This document shows, in pieces, positions 46,037 to 55,622 of a DNA stretch of 64,000 nt (position 1 is the first letter of the stretch; each line of letters opens with the position of its first letter). The stretch lies in the IMG/VR virus record IMGVR_UViG_3300032287_000839, positions 45,794 through 109,793 of that record, one strand, 5' to 3'. The notes below the pieces were generated by a model. The model was not told the DNA's origin, did not search any database, and saw only the letters and a program-made list of their open reading frames with translations. This DNA is from a virus. Lineage: Duplodnaviria > Heunggongvirae > Uroviricota > Caudoviricetes. Both the position numbers and the translations under genes were made by a program.

Positions 46037-47011
46037 TTAATTTCTTGTCCAACCAGATCTACGAGCTCTATTTGGTAATTCGTACATGTTAAATCTATTA
46101 AGATCATTTTTGATCCTTCTTTGTTTAGTCCAAGGATCTTGTTTCTTAATCTCAATATCAGCCATGATAAACGCTTCTTCAGATAACTGTTTATAATAAG
46201 CAAGCTTTGATTGTATTTGTTGGAATGTTTCATCAGTTAACTGATTAGATAACATCTCAAACACCTTATATTTGATGAAGTGTTCTACATACTCTCTAAT
46301 ACGGTAATTATCAGGAATAAGTTGATTTCCAATAGTATCATATTCTGTAGCATAGAATATCAAATGAACTGTACCATTTCTAAAGTTGGTAACAAATTTG
46401 TTATCTCTAATATCAAATGAATCATAACTAGCTGAGCCAGGAGTGAATTCATGAATTGAAGGTGGTGGAGTGTAAAACTCCCAAGCATTAGTATATTCCA
46501 CATCACAGTTCTTTCTTACAGAGATGTTACCTGGTTTAAGCAAGTATTCATTTTTATAAGATCTAGCTACTGATTGGTTAGTTTTATATACAGCTTGTAT
46601 GATTTCAGGCATACATTGTCCTGAGCAATTATTATCATTGCATACAGGATTAACACAAGGACCTGTTCCTGTAGTAATAGGGCTCACTTGTATTGTTGTT
46701 TGACTAGATGCTTGAGAATAAAAAGAATTAGCTGTTTGAACAGGATAATTAGATGGGATCTCTGTACACATCCAAGCTTCTCTTACAGCATAGAAATTAT
46801 CTGGAAGTCTAGCTTCAAAATCATTTATATGCAAAATCTGTTCAGAGATGACATAAGTTGCTCTACCTAACTTCTTTAAACACTTGTCTAAATAAGTAGG
46901 GAACAATAGATCATCTACTGCACCTGTATCAAAATAACTTTTTAACTCTTCTTTAACAGTTGAATAAACTGGTTGAGGAGAAACAAAGTTGTACTTGTAA
47001 TAATATGACAT
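46037..47011 (-). CDS. hypothetical structural protein (324 aa)
   Basis: ORF contiguous with the tail cluster. Internal Cys cluster GPCVNPVCNDNNCSGQC. Confidence 0.55.
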   Translation of the reverse strand: MSYYYKYNFVSPQPVYSTVKEELKSYFDTGAVDDLLFPTYLDKCLKKLGRATYVISEQILHINDFEARLPDNFYAVREAWMCTEIPSNYPVQTANSFYSQASSQTTIQVSPITTGTGPCVNPVCNDNNCSGQCMPEIIQAVYKTNQSVARSYKNEYLLKPGNISVRKNCDVEYTNAWEFYTPPPSIHEFTPGSASYDSFDIRDNKFVTNFRNGTVHLIFYATEYDTIGNQLIPDNYRIREYVEHFIKYKVFEMLSNQLTDETFQQIQSKLAYYKQLSEEAFIMADIEIKKQDPWTKQRRIKNDLNRFNMYELPNRARRSGWTRN

Positions 47012-47017
47012 TTCTTT

Positions 47018-47494
47018 TTAATTTTTCCATTCCCTATAAAGGTGCTGGTATTTATCGTTAGTCTTTATGTAGTGTGAAAGTAACCTAGATGTTACACGTG
47101 AGGGTTTAAAGTACCAGAGATTTATATTTCTCAATCTAGCAGAATCTTTAAACCACATCCATCCAAAGAAGTAGCCTTCTGTATGGTAATTAAAATTGTA
47201 TATAATCTTACCTTTCTCTTTAGACTTTTTCCAGTCTACTGGTAAGTTAACATACTCTTTACCGTTAATATCTTTTAGTTTCTTTCTTTTCTTCTTGTTA
47301 ATTGAAAACTCTCCAAATCCAAAAGGCAATCTAGCTTTCTCTCCAGTTTCTAGAATATAGTTTTTGAAAGATTCATTATATTGATATATAATGTTTCTCC
47401 ACTCATCAAATGAAAGTTTGATTGCAGGATTCTTTTTACAGAAGTTATTGTAGTTTTCTTTGCTGGAGCTTCTCCAATCTATTTTTGTTCTCAT
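47018..47494 (-). CDS. hypothetical basic protein (158 aa)
   Basis: ORF, tightly packed with its neighbours. Confidence 0.5.
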   Translation of the reverse strand: MRTKIDWRSSSKENYNNFCKKNPAIKLSFDEWRNIIYQYNESFKNYILETGEKARLPFGFGEFSINKKKRKKLKDINGKEYVNLPVDWKKSKEKGKIIYNFNYHTEGYFFGWMWFKDSARLRNINLWYFKPSRVTSRLLSHYIKTNDKYQHLYREWKN

Positions 47495-47495
47495 T

Positions 47496-48215
47496 TTACA
47501 CTTTACTTACTTGATCATCTTTAGCATCTGTTGTTTTATCATCATTAATTCTAAAGTATGTCTGTAGTAACTTTTGTGTCGTTAGTGCTAGCACTTGTTG
47601 TTCTAAATACCCAGGGCAAGCATATTCTTTATCTAATGGGTTTTTGCAATAGTCTTCATCAACAACTACTGGTACTGGTCCACATCCACATTCTGGATAC
47701 ATGATTTCATTTGGTACATCCTCCTCAAAGAAAGCAGCAATTCTCACCGCTTTTAACATTGGATTGCTTACATATAGATATTCATTAGCTATCCAATAGT
47801 AAGTCTGATTTTTGATAATAGGAAGCTGTAATAAGTTTAAATATCTGTTAATTGTAACTTCCTTAAATTTAGTTCCTTGTCCACCCATTGCATTAATAGA
47901 CCAAACACCTTGAATAAGATATTGGTAATTGCCTTCAGAGATACGTGGAATCTTGAACTTAGTTCTTGCCACTTGACAAGGATCTGTATATCCACAACAT
48001 TCAGAGATAGGAACTTCAATAAGTTCTAAGCAAGGAATGGTGGTGAATACAGTATCTGTAGCCCAAAGCTTTCTGAGGTTTGCCTCACGTTTTACTAATA
48101 ATTGTGTGTTGTTTCTGATCTCAGACGCTATCACTCTGTCTGTAATAAGATTATCCGAAGATATGAGTTTAGTCGTACCACGAATATCTGAGACCATTTT
48201 TCTTAATGTTGCCAT
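47496..48215 (-). CDS. hypothetical protein (239 aa)
   Basis: ORF whose stop/start overlaps the upstream gene. Confidence 0.5.
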   Translation of the reverse strand: MATLRKMVSDIRGTTKLISSDNLITDRVIASEIRNNTQLLVKREANLRKLWATDTVFTTIPCLELIEVPISECCGYTDPCQVARTKFKIPRISEGNYQYLIQGVWSINAMGGQGTKFKEVTINRYLNLLQLPIIKNQTYYWIANEYLYVSNPMLKAVRIAAFFEEDVPNEIMYPECGCGPVPVVVDEDYCKNPLDKEYACPGYLEQQVLALTTQKLLQTYFRINDDKTTDAKDDQVSKV

Positions 48216-49465
48216 TATAAATACTGTTTGAATATATTTGTCATTCCTGAGCCTTGCTCTATTAAGAATCCTGTCACCTCAGCTTTAGACATTGTGTGAC
48301 CATTCTTATCATCCCAAGTACTCTTAGCATTAGAGAATGCTGGAATTTGGTAAAATTTAATACCATTGAAGTCATGACTCACTTCATGGTGTTTGTCTCC
48401 TGTGAAGATGTAAAAGTTGTTATGAAAAGACCAACCATCTTTAAACTCCATTGGAAACAATGCTGCTAACTTAGCAGGCTTAATAGCATCTCCGTGGTTA
48501 AACATTAATGCTGAAGATCCATAACTTATGTACTTTCTATACTTAGGAGAGCAATCAAATTGTAATCTACTGATGTTTCTAAAATAAGCTTGTAACCAAG
48601 TGATCATATGCCATCCAGCAAACTCATCATGATTACCTGCTACATATACAACATTTACATTCTCTGCATGCTGTAATAACATTGTAATTACTAAAATCTC
48701 ATGCTCACAGATAAACTTAAATGAATCATGATATGTGTGAGTGTTGGTCTGAGGAGTGCCCTTAGTAGTCATACCAGAGTATTCACTATTAAACTCATCA
48801 GAACCAATGATATAAGTAATATGTTCTAAATTGTTGGAAAGCTTTGCTTGATTAACAATAGTTTCCACCTTATAGATAATGTTACCCAATCTAGCAGAAA
48901 TATCATTATTACCATCTATATCATATTTGTTTAAGTGAGAGTCTTGTTTGTTAATAACTAACATTGCATTTTCCTTACCACTTACAAACGTAGGACTCAT
49001 AATGTCTTGACTTACAGGCTCATATGAAGCTAGAAAGTCTACAAAGCTATCTTGAAATACTTGCTCTGTGGACTTCTTTCCTAACCAAGCTTTTACTTGC
49101 CAGTGTGGATTTCCACCATTTCCCCAGTAGTTCTGTACATATTTAGTTATCTCCCATTTATCTGTATCTATCTTACATTTCTCAATAAGATCATCTAAGC
49201 TCTTTACTTCCTCAGATAAGTTAGCTACTATCTCTCCTGTACCCTTAACTATATCTTCTGTAAATCTAACTATTGTATCTTCCAAATCTGCTATATAATT
49301 CCCTAATTCTGCTTCAATTTCAGCAACCTCTCTCTCTCTAATATCTGCAAGAAGTTCATCAACTTCTGTTTCTGTAATTCCTAGCTTTTCAGCGTAATAC
49401 TTCTTTGATTTCTTCCAGTGTAGCATTTGTTGAAGTTGGTCTAATAGACTTTGGTTTTCAGACAT
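48215..49465 (-). CDS. calcineurin-like metallophosphoesterase with an N-terminal coiled-coil extension
   Basis: Motifs IIGSDEFNS, VAGNHDE (GNH[DE]), FNHGDAIK and FTGDKHHEVSH. The start is set to MSENQ at 49465; the track's upstream extension reads into the intergenic region. Confidence 0.65.
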   Translation of the reverse strand: MSENQSLLDQLQQMLHWKKSKKYYAEKLGITETEVDELLADIREREVAEIEAELGNYIADLEDTIVRFTEDIVKGTGEIVANLSEEVKSLDDLIEKCKIDTDKWEITKYVQNYWGNGGNPHWQVKAWLGKKSTEQVFQDSFVDFLASYEPVSQDIMSPTFVSGKENAMLVINKQDSHLNKYDIDGNNDISARLGNIIYKVETIVNQAKLSNNLEHITYIIGSDEFNSEYSGMTTKGTPQTNTHTYHDSFKFICEHEILVITMLLQHAENVNVVYVAGNHDEFAGWHMITWLQAYFRNISRLQFDCSPKYRKYISYGSSALMFNHGDAIKPAKLAALFPMEFKDGWSFHNNFYIFTGDKHHEVSHDFNGIKFYQIPAFSNAKSTWDDKNGHTMSKAEVTGFLIEQGSGMTNIFKQYL

Positions 49466-49573
49466 ATAGTTAAATTTGGTTAAAATTACTGTAAAGGTAA
49501 GAACTATTTTTGATATTCCCAAAAATATATTAACTAATTTAGTTAATGAAAATAATCAATTTGATTATAAGTT

Positions 49574-49606
49574 AAACAAAAACCCCCAGCCTAGAAAGGC
49601 CAGGGG
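49574..49606 (-). terminator. rho-independent terminator downstream of the 219-aa fiber gene
   Basis: Minus-strand CCCCTGGCC-TTTCTA-GGCTGGGGG forms a 9-bp stem with two G-U pairs, followed by UUUUUGUUU. Confidence 0.45.
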
Positions 49607-49640
49607 ATGCCCTGTAAACCAACAAACAGGGTTTTTAAGA

Positions 49641-50300
49641 TTATATACAGTTAGATACAACGTACACTATGTAACCATAGCCACCTATTGTAACAATATC
49701 TCCACTATTGAATGATCCTGCAGGCACACCATTAACTGTTAAAGCAACAGGTGAGTTCAAACGAGAAGTTAAGCTCGTAGACCATGTACCTGAGATAAAC
49801 GAAGGTGTACTAGAGTTTGCAGATTGTCCAATAGATAATCCAAGAATACCTCCAGATAATGCAGCTCCTGCTACAGCACTTGTTGTACAAGTGTTAGTAG
49901 GATAACCGTCTGCACTGATAGAACCAACTGTAACTGACTCTAATGGAGCCATGCTAGCTACAATTGTGAAGGATGATGAAAACACATTATAAGCTAAAGT
50001 TAACGTCCTTAATACAGTTGTAGTAGTTGTAGTAGTTGATGTGGATGTAGATGATGTAGATGTAGTTGTTGTTGTTGGAGCACCAGATATATCTAAATAC
50101 AAAGATCTATCACACACTCCTGTAGATCTAACTAATATTTGTGTAGCATCGTCAGGTACAGGTGTAAGATAATATCCAGCCACTAATGCAGCTCTAGATA
50201 CACCAGTTACTATAGGTGTTGTAAAGCCATCTGAATTTGAGTAAATATCAAAAGGACCTACATCAATCCCTGCTAAGGTTAAGGTTATTAATACTGTCAT
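49641..50300 (-). CDS. fiber protein (219 aa): N-domain shared with the 287-aa protein, then a poly-Thr/Ser linker and a C-terminal domain
   Basis: N-terminus MTVLITLTLAGIDVGPFDI...LVRSTGVC. Linker TTTTTSTSSTSTSTTTTTTT. Confidence 0.6.
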   Translation of the reverse strand: MTVLITLTLAGIDVGPFDIYSNSDGFTTPIVTGVSRAALVAGYYLTPVPDDATQILVRSTGVCDRSLYLDISGAPTTTTTSTSSTSTSTTTTTTTVLRTLTLAYNVFSSSFTIVASMAPLESVTVGSISADGYPTNTCTTSAVAGAALSGGILGLSIGQSANSSTPSFISGTWSTSLTSRLNSPVALTVNGVPAGSFNSGDIVTIGGYGYIVYVVSNCI

Positions 50301-50311
50301 TTAATTTTGAT

Positions 50312-50554
50312 TTAACATTGATTTATAATAGCACATAATTGTGCTGTTAACGTAGGATTAGCTGCAATAGCGTCTAATATAGATTCAGCATTTAGTTTGT
50401 TGTCAATCTTTTCAAGAGCGACAGTTAAGCTATTGTTTGTGTTAATTCCTGAGTTAGGAAGATTTGGTCCAACGTAACATATGGTGTTTGAGTTAGTGAC
50501 ACCAGGGGGATGATAATAAGCATCCCAACATTGCATTCCAGGTAAACAAGACAT
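50312..50554 (-). CDS. 80-aa Cys-containing mini-protein consisting only of the conserved fiber N-terminal anchor motif
   Basis: ICYVGPNLPNSGINTNNSLTVALEKIDNKL matches the N-termini of the collagen-like fiber and the tail-collar fiber. Confidence 0.5.
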   Translation of the reverse strand: MSCLPGMQCWDAYYHPPGVTNSNTICYVGPNLPNSGINTNNSLTVALEKIDNKLNAESILDAIAANPTLTAQLCAIINQC

Positions 50555-50573
50555 TTATTGTTGATTTAAAATA

Positions 50574-51725
50574 TTAAGGAATATACATAATGTAATAAGC
50601 AGCAAGTACAGGTTGGATGTTAGGATGTCCTTGTCCATTACCAGTAGTAGCGTTACTTACACCTGTTGTTACAGTGATGCCTGTTACAGCACTTGCTGTA
50701 GTAAGTGTTGCTAATGAACCAGCTCTAGAAGCATCTCCAGCACCTCCAGGTTGCACAACTCCTTCAAAAGCATGACTGTGTCCTGGATCATTTACAGTGG
50801 ATAATGCTGTAGCAGTGTGTGTATGACTAGGAAGTTGAGGAATAGTTAATCCTACTAAGTTTGTACCAGTGGTGTCTCCTATAGAATAATTAGGATTACC
50901 TGTGTACGCAGGATCTACATTAAAGTTCAATGCTCCACCAGGAACACCTTGAATAGCTCCTACACCCACTCTTCCTCTCTTATCAGGAGTGCCATTAGCA
51001 CCATTGCATAAATACACTTTATCCCATCCTAAGCTTTGTATACCAGCTCCTGTACCATCAAAGTTAGTCAATGGACCATAGTATTCTACAACTGTATAAG
51101 GAACCATTTTGGTGTACTGTTGTGTACTACCGCTTGATTGTTCATCTAAATAAGCTTGAATAAGACCATTTAACTCATCAAGACTAACATAGTTATCTTG
51201 TACATTTAATGTTAAACTGGTTAAGTTAGCTGAGGTTTGACAAAGCCTATTGATTGTAGCTTGTAAAATTGCAACAGTTCCACTATCAGGTAAAACTCCT
51301 ACAAGACAGTTTACATTATATGTTCCTTGTAATCTACCTAATTCAAATTGAAGAACACTCACCTCATCCTGTACATAACAGATACTTCTTGTAAGAGCAG
51401 TTAGGTACTCAGGAACAGTGTATATACAATCTGGGGTTACTGGTAAAAATAGTTCAACAACTGGACAAATAATCCCTGGATTGATAGCAACATTAATTCC
51501 TGTACCATCTAAACATGAGGTTAAGTAATCTATTAATCTTTCCTCAACAATAGCTAATGAATCTCCTGTTTGAATTTCTAAAGCTAGTGAATCTGGACCT
51601 GTATATCTAACACATTGGTCAGATACCGTCTCAACACATCCATTAAAACAAGCATCACAAGATCTTGTTGGTGTAATGTTAGAAGTTGTACTTGTAGTAG
51701 TGGTAGTTGTAATATCTCCTGCCAT
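50574..51725 (-). CDS. tail fiber with a C-terminal phage tail-collar domain
   Basis: C-terminal motifs LPSHTHTATALS...GHSHAFEG...GNGQGHPNIQPVLAAYYIMY (tail-collar signature HTHT...H.H...H.N.QP...YI). N-terminal poly-Thr, then the anchor motif CVRYTGPDSLALEIQTGDSLAIVEERL. Confidence 0.75.
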   Translation of the reverse strand: MAGDITTTTTTSTTSNITPTRSCDACFNGCVETVSDQCVRYTGPDSLALEIQTGDSLAIVEERLIDYLTSCLDGTGINVAINPGIICPVVELFLPVTPDCIYTVPEYLTALTRSICYVQDEVSVLQFELGRLQGTYNVNCLVGVLPDSGTVAILQATINRLCQTSANLTSLTLNVQDNYVSLDELNGLIQAYLDEQSSGSTQQYTKMVPYTVVEYYGPLTNFDGTGAGIQSLGWDKVYLCNGANGTPDKRGRVGVGAIQGVPGGALNFNVDPAYTGNPNYSIGDTTGTNLVGLTIPQLPSHTHTATALSTVNDPGHSHAFEGVVQPGGAGDASRAGSLATLTTASAVTGITVTTGVSNATTGNGQGHPNIQPVLAAYYIMYIP

Positions 51726-51733
51726 TTTATAAT

Positions 51734-52000
51734 TTATTTATGAATTAACAACTTCACTCTACTAGCAATCATTGATATTGTGAAATGTTCACAATAGTTA
51801 ATGTTACAAGCTTTGTATGTTAATATTTGTTTGTAATTTATTAAGTCACCTACTACTTGTGTTGGTATATAATAGTTCACAGAGAATACAATATTATTAT
51901 ACTGGATAACTGCCCAGTAGGTTAATCTATTATCTATATCAGTTAGTAATGCAGGTATACTAGCACACTCGATACAATTCGTTAATCTTGGATATAACAT
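51734..52000 (-). CDS. hypothetical Cys-containing small protein (88 aa)
   Basis: ORF-track entry. Its 5' end overlaps the small Cys-rich ORF at 51960..52112. Confidence 0.35.
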   Translation of the reverse strand: MLYPRLTNCIECASIPALLTDIDNRLTYWAVIQYNNIVFSVNYYIPTQVVGDLINYKQILTYKACNINYCEHFTISMIASRVKLLIHK

Positions 52001-52112
52001 TTTTAATTCTTTGAGTTGCTTGTTTTAACTTGTTATTACAAGCTGAACATAAGCCATTAATTAATTGACATCCGCAGCCTACCCTTAGGCCACAATCTCT
52101 ACAGTTTGCCAT
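51960..52112 (-). CDS. 50-aa Cys-rich, zinc-ribbon-like mini-ORF (MANCRDCGLRVGCGCQLINGLCSACNN...)
   Basis: Hand-translated. The ATG lies 1 nt after the stop of the upstream gene. The CxxC...CGC...CxxC pattern is the only basis for the call. Confidence 0.3.
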   Translation of the reverse strand: MANCRDCGLRVGCGCQLINGLCSACNNKLKQATQRIKNVISKINELYRVC

Positions 52113-52113
52113 A

Positions 52114-52671
52114 CTAATGAAAATTATTTATGTAGTTGTTACCAGAACAACCACAGTTGTTGGTTAAGAAATAATCTAATTGTCTGTCTGCCTGAATATA
52201 TAATGTATTAGCTGTGTCTATAGCACAGTTATTAGCTGCTGCAATAGATCCTTGTATCATAAAATTGATACTGCTTAATACTACCTTTGATTGTGTTCTG
52301 ATAGCCAAATCACATTCCATCATATCTAACTTCATGAATGCATTGTCAAACTTCTCTTGTATTCTAGCAGTACGCATTATGTTTTTTTCTACATAATTTG
52401 TTAATGCTGGGTCCACTGTATATTTTAAAAAATACACACCATCTGGAAGAGGTTGATAAACTCCAAATGGACTAAGTCCTAATATTACAGAGTTATATAC
52501 ATTAAAGTCGTTAGGAGCGAAAGGAATAAGAACAGGATCTACAAAACCAGGAATAGTAATAGACATAGTTGGTGATGTTACTACTGGTGGATCTGTATCA
52601 TAAACTGATGTATCAGCCACACCTAATGTATTAACATCAAAAGTATTAATTACTAAAAAATCTAAAGTCAT
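52114..52671 (-). CDS. hypothetical structural protein (185 aa)
   Basis: ORF. Confidence 0.5.
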   Translation of the reverse strand: MTLDFLVINTFDVNTLGVADTSVYDTDPPVVTSPTMSITIPGFVDPVLIPFAPNDFNVYNSVILGLSPFGVYQPLPDGVYFLKYTVDPALTNYVEKNIMRTARIQEKFDNAFMKLDMMECDLAIRTQSKVVLSSINFMIQGSIAAANNCAIDTANTLYIQADRQLDYFLTNNCGCSGNNYINNFH

Positions 52672-52690
52672 GGTTATTTAAAATAATAAT

Positions 52691-52727
52691 GCCAGAGGAT
52701 TTGAGAAATATCCTCTCACCCTCTGGC
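52691..52727 (-). terminator. hairpin (GCCAGAGG ... CCTCTGGC, with a nested GAGGAT/ATCCTC) followed by AUUAUUAUUUU on the minus strand
   Basis: An 8-bp perfect inverted repeat downstream of the 379-aa gene. Confidence 0.35.
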
Positions 52728-52757
52728 ATAGGTTATATGATAACTACCTTCTTTCTA

Positions 52758-53897
52758 TTAAGGAATCAAAGTAGTTGTTGTTGAAGTACTAGGCCAAACA
52801 GTAGTTGTAGTACTAGTTGTGCTTGTGATAGGACCGCTATCATCAGTTACTAAACCTAACGCTGGCTCTAAGATATCCAAGAAATCTTGAGTATCTGCTT
52901 GAGGGATAGCTAAGATAACTGTAGAATCTTCTTTGATATAGTCACCCCAATTGTACGCTGATCTGTCATACTCGTTAAACTTGATGTACAAAGTATCGTA
53001 GGTAGTACCATCAGATACCCAGCTTTCAAAGTTTTCGTTGTATCCAACCATTCTGTACAAGTGCTTCAAATAACCAGCTTGGTAGCTATAGAAGTTCTTC
53101 TCTAATTGGATGATCTCTGCAGATGTACCTGATACATAAGAACTACGTTGAGTAATTACTACATCAGCAACATTGTTACAAGGATCAGCAACGATAAAGT
53201 CAGCAGTTGTAGCTGGACCAGAGAAAATGAATGTACGGAACCACATACGGTCGTACTCCCAAGGGAATGCAGCCACATCACATGGTTGTCCATAAACAGT
53301 CAAAGGCTTACCACTAATAACTAATTTAGCATTCTGATCGTTACCAATTCTTTGGAACTGATAGAAAGTGTCAAAGCTAATGTTGTCTGGGTTGTTACCT
53401 GGAGCTTTTTGACGTAACTTTAAGATCAATTCATCGATCAAAGCAGGAACATTAACATCAGTACAAGGGTCTTCACCACATTCTAAACATGGAGCATTCA
53501 CAGTTACACTACGAGTGAAACCGTTGAAATACAATGTGTTAATGTAGCTAGAGAAAGCACGTAAAGTTAAAGTGATAACTTCACCTGGTTTTACAGAGAA
53601 ATTACCAACTTCAGTTACTTGGTTAGCAGCAACAGGATTTCCTGTAACTTTATACCATTCAGTAACACGCTCTGAAGCAATTTTGTCAGAACGTTTAGTA
53701 CCTTGTAAGTACGTATTTGTTCTACCTTGTGCAACGTAGAAATAAGGAGCAGCAGCGATATTACCTGCTGTAGCAACAGCGTAAGTGTTCAAATAGATAC
53801 CTACTTGACCAGCTGTTAAATTCTGTGTTGATCCAGAGCTAGGGATTGTATTTCCTACTGGTACAACAAAGAGGGTGGTTAATGAAAAATCCGCCAT
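52758..53897 (-). CDS. structural protein (379 aa) with a Thr-rich C-terminus; possible major tail or ring component
   Basis: ORF followed by a hairpin terminator. C-terminus ITSTTSTTTTVWPSTSTTTTLIP. Confidence 0.5.
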   Translation of the reverse strand: MADFSLTTLFVVPVGNTIPSSGSTQNLTAGQVGIYLNTYAVATAGNIAAAPYFYVAQGRTNTYLQGTKRSDKIASERVTEWYKVTGNPVAANQVTEVGNFSVKPGEVITLTLRAFSSYINTLYFNGFTRSVTVNAPCLECGEDPCTDVNVPALIDELILKLRQKAPGNNPDNISFDTFYQFQRIGNDQNAKLVISGKPLTVYGQPCDVAAFPWEYDRMWFRTFIFSGPATTADFIVADPCNNVADVVITQRSSYVSGTSAEIIQLEKNFYSYQAGYLKHLYRMVGYNENFESWVSDGTTYDTLYIKFNEYDRSAYNWGDYIKEDSTVILAIPQADTQDFLDILEPALGLVTDDSGPITSTTSTTTTVWPSTSTTTTLIP

Positions 53898-53924
53898 TTT
53901 GTTTTATATTTAAATTATGAAAAA

Positions 53925-54656
53925 TTACTCGTTTGTTTTTATTCTAAAATCTGCAGATTGTACGGCAGACATATTCTCTGTATACATTGCTAAGTTTTCA
54001 ACTGTTAAGTCTACTAACTCATCTTCTAGATATAAGGCAAGTTCACAGTTTGAATCTATAGAATTTGTTCCATCAAAATGAACATATCCAACTTTATCAA
54101 TATACACAGGATATCTTAAATAGGATAGATATAATGTTTTTGGAGTGAAAGTACCATCTGAGTAAACCATTATCTGGTTTGTATTGATGTTACTGAATGT
54201 CTCCTGATATTCAAATGATGGTTTATAATGAGTGTTGTTAATCAACACAGGAATATCCCCATGCTTTACTAACTCTTTATTAATCCATATTGTTCTATCT
54301 GTACATCTACCTTTATCTGCCAAAACATATGCATCAATGTAGAACATATATGCTGGTGAGATATCTATTAAATCAGCAGTGTATTGATTTAGTTGAAAAT
54401 TACTAAGGGTTAAAGGTAAAGGATGATCCTCATAACCCTCAATCAACTTCTGAAGATCTTCATATCGCTTTCTGAAAGCATCTAGACCAAGAGTACTTGG
54501 AGTGGATGGACCATCAAGCTTTTGTTTAATAAGCTTAATTTGGGCCTCATTCAGAGCTAAAATCTTATCTTCTAATTGAATCTGCTGATGTTCGTTAGTC
54601 GATAGTTTATTTAGTTTCTGATCAATCTTATATAATAAACTATCTACTGGGATCAT
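53925..54656 (-). CDS. hypothetical structural protein (243 aa)
   Basis: ORF. Confidence 0.5.
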   Translation of the reverse strand: MIPVDSLLYKIDQKLNKLSTNEHQQIQLEDKILALNEAQIKLIKQKLDGPSTPSTLGLDAFRKRYEDLQKLIEGYEDHPLPLTLSNFQLNQYTADLIDISPAYMFYIDAYVLADKGRCTDRTIWINKELVKHGDIPVLINNTHYKPSFEYQETFSNINTNQIMVYSDGTFTPKTLYLSYLRYPVYIDKVGYVHFDGTNSIDSNCELALYLEDELVDLTVENLAMYTENMSAVQSADFRIKTNE

Positions 54657-55621
54657 ACTGATGCTAATTTTTTGCTTTTCAATTTACCTTCTAATGTTAA
54701 TAACTCATCTTGGTTATCTTCATCTGCTAAGAACTTAACTAAATCATCTTCATCCTTAGCTATTTCAAATTCACCTTCATAAACTTTACCATTAGGTTTC
54801 AATCTATAAACTGAATGTGTAATTGCTTGTTTTACTAAGTCTTTAATATGGAGCAAGTTTTCCTTCATGTCTGCATATCTGCCAAACACCTCTACAGGGT
54901 TTAATCCAGCATATTTGCCATTCTTGAATTCTGTTTGTTTTAATAGGTTGTCCACTTGGTTGTATACAGATTCTTCTTTAGAGTCTTCTGATACTGGAAG
55001 TCCTAGCAATCTAGCCACCTTACGCTTCTTCTCAGGAGTCATTTGATCAAACTTGATAATAGCCTTGTTAATCAATTGTTTTTTCTTGAACAACACTGCA
55101 TTCTCAATTTCATCATCTGCTACATAGAATTGAATGTCTGCTGGATATTCACCACGCTCCCAAGCTTGATAGCTAGAAGCAATTGTTGGATGAACTCTTA
55201 ACCAAGCAAAGGCTAATTCTTGAGATGGATTACTAAAATCAAAGAAGTTATCACCATCCATTAACTTAACTGCTTGTACGTGTAATGAATCATCAGCAGA
55301 AGTTGATAAGCCATAGTTCCAGAAACTAGAACGAGGACCTAAATCAATGTCACCTAATTGAGCTTCAAGTTTCTTACGTAACTCAGTAACTCTTTCGATT
55401 TCCATTTCTCTTTCTAAGTTATCACTGATTCTTCTGATGTAAGCAGCATTAGCATCTAAGCCTGTTCTGTACTGTCCATCAAGTTCTTTGTAAGGATACT
55501 TGAATACACCTGTACCAGGGATTCTTGTCATACCTTTTTGTGCTAAACCACCTTGCATGGTTTGCAACTGAGAGTTGTTGTAATCTTTCTTTAAGGTAGA
55601 GATTTTTCCTATCTTGCCCAT
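54653..55621 (-). CDS. hypothetical head-associated protein (322 aa)
   Basis: ORF downstream of the HNH gene. Confidence 0.5.
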   Translation of the reverse strand: MGKIGKISTLKKDYNNSQLQTMQGGLAQKGMTRIPGTGVFKYPYKELDGQYRTGLDANAAYIRRISDNLEREMEIERVTELRKKLEAQLGDIDLGPRSSFWNYGLSTSADDSLHVQAVKLMDGDNFFDFSNPSQELAFAWLRVHPTIASSYQAWERGEYPADIQFYVADDEIENAVLFKKKQLINKAIIKFDQMTPEKKRKVARLLGLPVSEDSKEESVYNQVDNLLKQTEFKNGKYAGLNPVEVFGRYADMKENLLHIKDLVKQAITHSVYRLKPNGKVYEGEFEIAKDEDDLVKFLADEDNQDELLTLEGKLKSKKLASV

Positions 55622-55622
55622 T

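Noticed and set aside
46030-46233. 67-aa minus-strand ORF overlapping the 3' end of the 324-aa gene
   Set aside because: It lies fully inside a longer, better-supported ORF in another frame.
50574-51725. Diversity-generating retroelement targeting the tail-collar fiber
   Set aside because: No reverse transcriptase gene and no template/variable repeat pair are visible anywhere in the window.
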